Source: Eledone cirrhosa (Eukaryota). Taken from it: a stretch of DNA of 64,000 nucleotides. The notes under the pieces were generated by a model. It did no database searches. It saw only the letters and a list, made by a program, of their open reading frames with translations, and was not told the DNA's origin. Positions 61,385 through 64,000 of this stretch are shown piece by piece; within the stretch, counting starts at the first letter, position 1; every line of letters starts with the position of its first letter. Made by a program: the position numbers and the translations under genes. The stretch covers positions 117,676,001 through 117,740,000 of the forward strand of contig OZ024741.1 in assembly GCA_964016885.1 (NCBI GenBank), given 5' to 3'.

Positions 61385-62443
61385 TTAACTAGAGGGTTGG
61401 ACGCCATGCTTTGACGCATAGTTACGGCCCTTGCCATTCTGAGTTCAAATCCCGCCGAGGTTAACTTTGTCTTTCGTCCTTATGGGGTCGATAAAATAAA
61501 GTACCAGTAATGCACTGGGTATTTGCAGGGCTTGTACCAAAAGTAGAAACAATTATTTGGCAGTATTGGTAGAGCATCAGACCCCATTCTTTGCAGCATA
61601 GAGTTATGGCCCTTTACGTTCTGAGTTAAAATCCACCGAGGTTAACTTTGTCTTTCGTCCTTACGGGGTCGATAAAATAAAGCACCAGTAATGCATTGGG
61701 GTAATTGCTGGCCTTGTGCCAAAAGTAGAAACATTATTATTATAAGACAGGGGATTGGCATTATCGATAGAGCGTCGGGCACTATGCTTTGCGGTATAGA
61801 GTAACGGCCCTTTATGTTCTGAGGAAAGTAAATCCTGCCGACGTTGGCTTTGCCTTTCATCCTTACAGGGTTGATAAAATAAAGTACCTGTCTCGCACTG
61901 GAGTCAATTTAATCGACTTTCCCTTCCCCAAAAAATTGTTGGCCTTGTGCCTAAATCAGAAACCATTATTATTATTGTGGTGGATTGGCAGTATCGGTAG
62001 AGGGTCGGACGCCATGCTTTCTAGCATAGTTACGTCCCTTTACAGTCTGAGTTCAAATCCCGCCAAGGTTAACTTTGCCTTTTATCCTTACGGGGTCGAT
62101 AGAATAAAGTACCAGTAATGCACTGGGTAATTGCTGGCCTTGTGCCTAAAGTAGAAACAATTATTGTTGTTGATAGGCGGTAGATTGGCAGTATCGGTAG
62201 AGGGTCGGACGCCATGCTTTGACGCATAGAGTTACAGCCCTTGCAATTCTGAGTTCAAATCCCACCGAGGTTAACTTTGCCTTTCATCCTTATGTGGTCG
62301 ATAAAATAAAGTACCAGTAATACACTGGGTATTTGCTGGCCTTGTGCCAAAAATAGAAACAATTATTATTATTGTTGTTGTTGTTAGATTAGTGTATTGA
62401 CAGAATTGCTAGAGCATTAGAAAAAATGCTTTGGAGTATTTCT
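61385..62443 (+). mobile_element. Head-to-tail array of five full and one partial copy of the same SINE
   Basis: Units of about 175-230 bp, each with a B-box-like GAGTTCAAATCC (decayed in two) and an ATT-repeat tail. Confidence 0.87.
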
Positions 62444-63229
62444 GTAGCCAAGGGTTCTTTATACTTAGCCCCTGGCTAATATTTTTGCCACAATAAATAA
62501 TGCACAAGGACCCCAGTGAAATTTTCAGCCAGGGTCCCCATGCAAGCTTAATCCTGGCTGTTGAAGTAAATTTACTGAAACTAAAAATTGCTTGTCAAAT
62601 AAGAAACAAAAACAATAATAATAATTTCTAATTTAGGCATAAGGTCAGCAATTTAGGAGAAGAGAAAGTTGATTAGATTGACCACAGTACTTAATTGGTA
62701 CTTTATTTTATTGATCTTAGAATGGTGAAAGGCAAAGTTGACCTTAATGGGATTTGAACTCAGAATGTAAAGAGTTGGAAGAAATACTCCAAAGCATCTT
62801 TTCTAATGCTCTAGCAATTCTGTCAATACACTAATCTAACAACAACAACAATAATAATAATTGTTTCTATTTTTGGCACAAGGCCAGCAAATACCCAGTG
62901 TATTACTGGTACTTTATTTTATCGACCACATAAGGATGAAAGGCAAAGTTAACCTCGGCGGGATTTGAACTCAGAATTGCAAGGGCCCAGTCTGCCATTA
63001 TCCCACATCCCACCCAACAGAGTATGTATTGATGGTAGTTTCACATATCCGTGCACTTCTGTGTCTAGAAACCTAACATCCATCCCAAAGATCTGAATTT
63101 GTACCTCAATGTGGCAAAATTAACCCTTCGTTACCATACCTCTAGCAAAAAAAAAAAAACATTGCTTATGATTTTCAAATAATTTTGAAAATAATCAAAA
63201 CTTTGGAGAGATCTAGTAATATAACTAAC

Positions 63230-63587
63230 TTTCTCATTGTTAAGCTGTTGTTTGAAACATAACTTGAATTTATGATGGAAGGTTTTTAGATAATTATAAA
63301 CATCTCAAATCTTTCTCATTATTAAGTTGGTGTTTAAAACATGACTTAACAAAGAGTTTTACATAAAATTATGATGGAAGGTTCTTAGATAAATATAAAC
63401 ACTTTAAAACGTTTTCATTAAGTTGGCGTCTGGAACATAACTTAACAAAGAGTTTTACATAAAATTATTATGGAAGGTTTCTAGATAAATATAAACACTT
63501 TAAAACTTTTTCATTAAGTTGGTGTTTGGAACATAATTTAACAAAGAGTCTTACATAAAATTATGATGGAAGGTTTTTAGATAAATA
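63230..63587. repeat. About 95-bp tandem repeat (4 units) amplified from the interior of a family C MITE
   Basis: TTAAGTTGGTGTTTGGAACATAACTTAACAAAGAG...GATGGAAGGTTTTTAGATAAATATAAAC is repeated; the MITE left end TTAACCCTT lies at 63120. Confidence 0.85.
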
Positions 63588-64000
63588 CTAGCAGAATGGC
63601 CCAGCGTTGCTCGAGATTTGCTCTAGGGTTCTTATATATTTGATATATATTTATCCTTATCGAGCCTCATGAAATAAATACGTTTGTTTATATTTTGTTA
63701 TTGTGTATGCAAAAATATCTGTACACAAATATATAATTATATATATATATATATATATAAATAACAGATTAAAGTTTAAGCAAAGAATCGCTACTTTCAC
63801 CCTTAACGGGATCTTCTGAAACTAAAAAAATCAATCTGTGAATGCAGAAGTAAATATTTCGAAAAACGTTACACACTATATATATATATACACACGCACA
63901 CACACACACCGTGTCATAATGCCATAATGCAGACAGCTAGGCATACAGACAGGTATTATAAGGGCGCAACGTTATATCTATGTATCTATCTAAAAAGAGA
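63588..64000 (-). mobile_element. Helitron-like element, 3' end; may extend beyond the window
   Basis: Minus strand ends CTCGAGCAACGCTGGGCCATTCTGCTAG|T (subterminal hairpin + CTAG) and interrupts a MITE-derived repeat. Confidence 0.62.

Overview
AT-rich, microsatellite- and SINE-dense animal genomic DNA; the repeat landscape suggests an octopus/coleoid cephalopod (inference). The window holds the 3' part of one + strand FHOD-family formin gene (FHOD1/FHOD3/Fhos-like). Sixteen phase-consistent GT-AG exons from 465 to the stop at 51879 encode the end of GBD/FH3, a charged linker, FH1, the full FH2 and the DAD. The introns and 3' flank contain an internally deleted mariner with 103-bp TIRs, a young 5'-truncated RTE LINE whose open ORF carries a C4HC3 (PHD-like) finger, older RTE fragments, two Helitron-like elements, several TTAA-flanked (piggyBac-like) MITE families that nest in each other, tRNA-type SINEs including head-to-tail arrays, a 40/41-bp satellite and several long inverted repeats. 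The most interesting unexplained signals are candidate microexons in the two very long introns that fall in the FH2 lasso-knob linker and in the DAD basic motif. All exon calls were made by eye, without RNA evidence.
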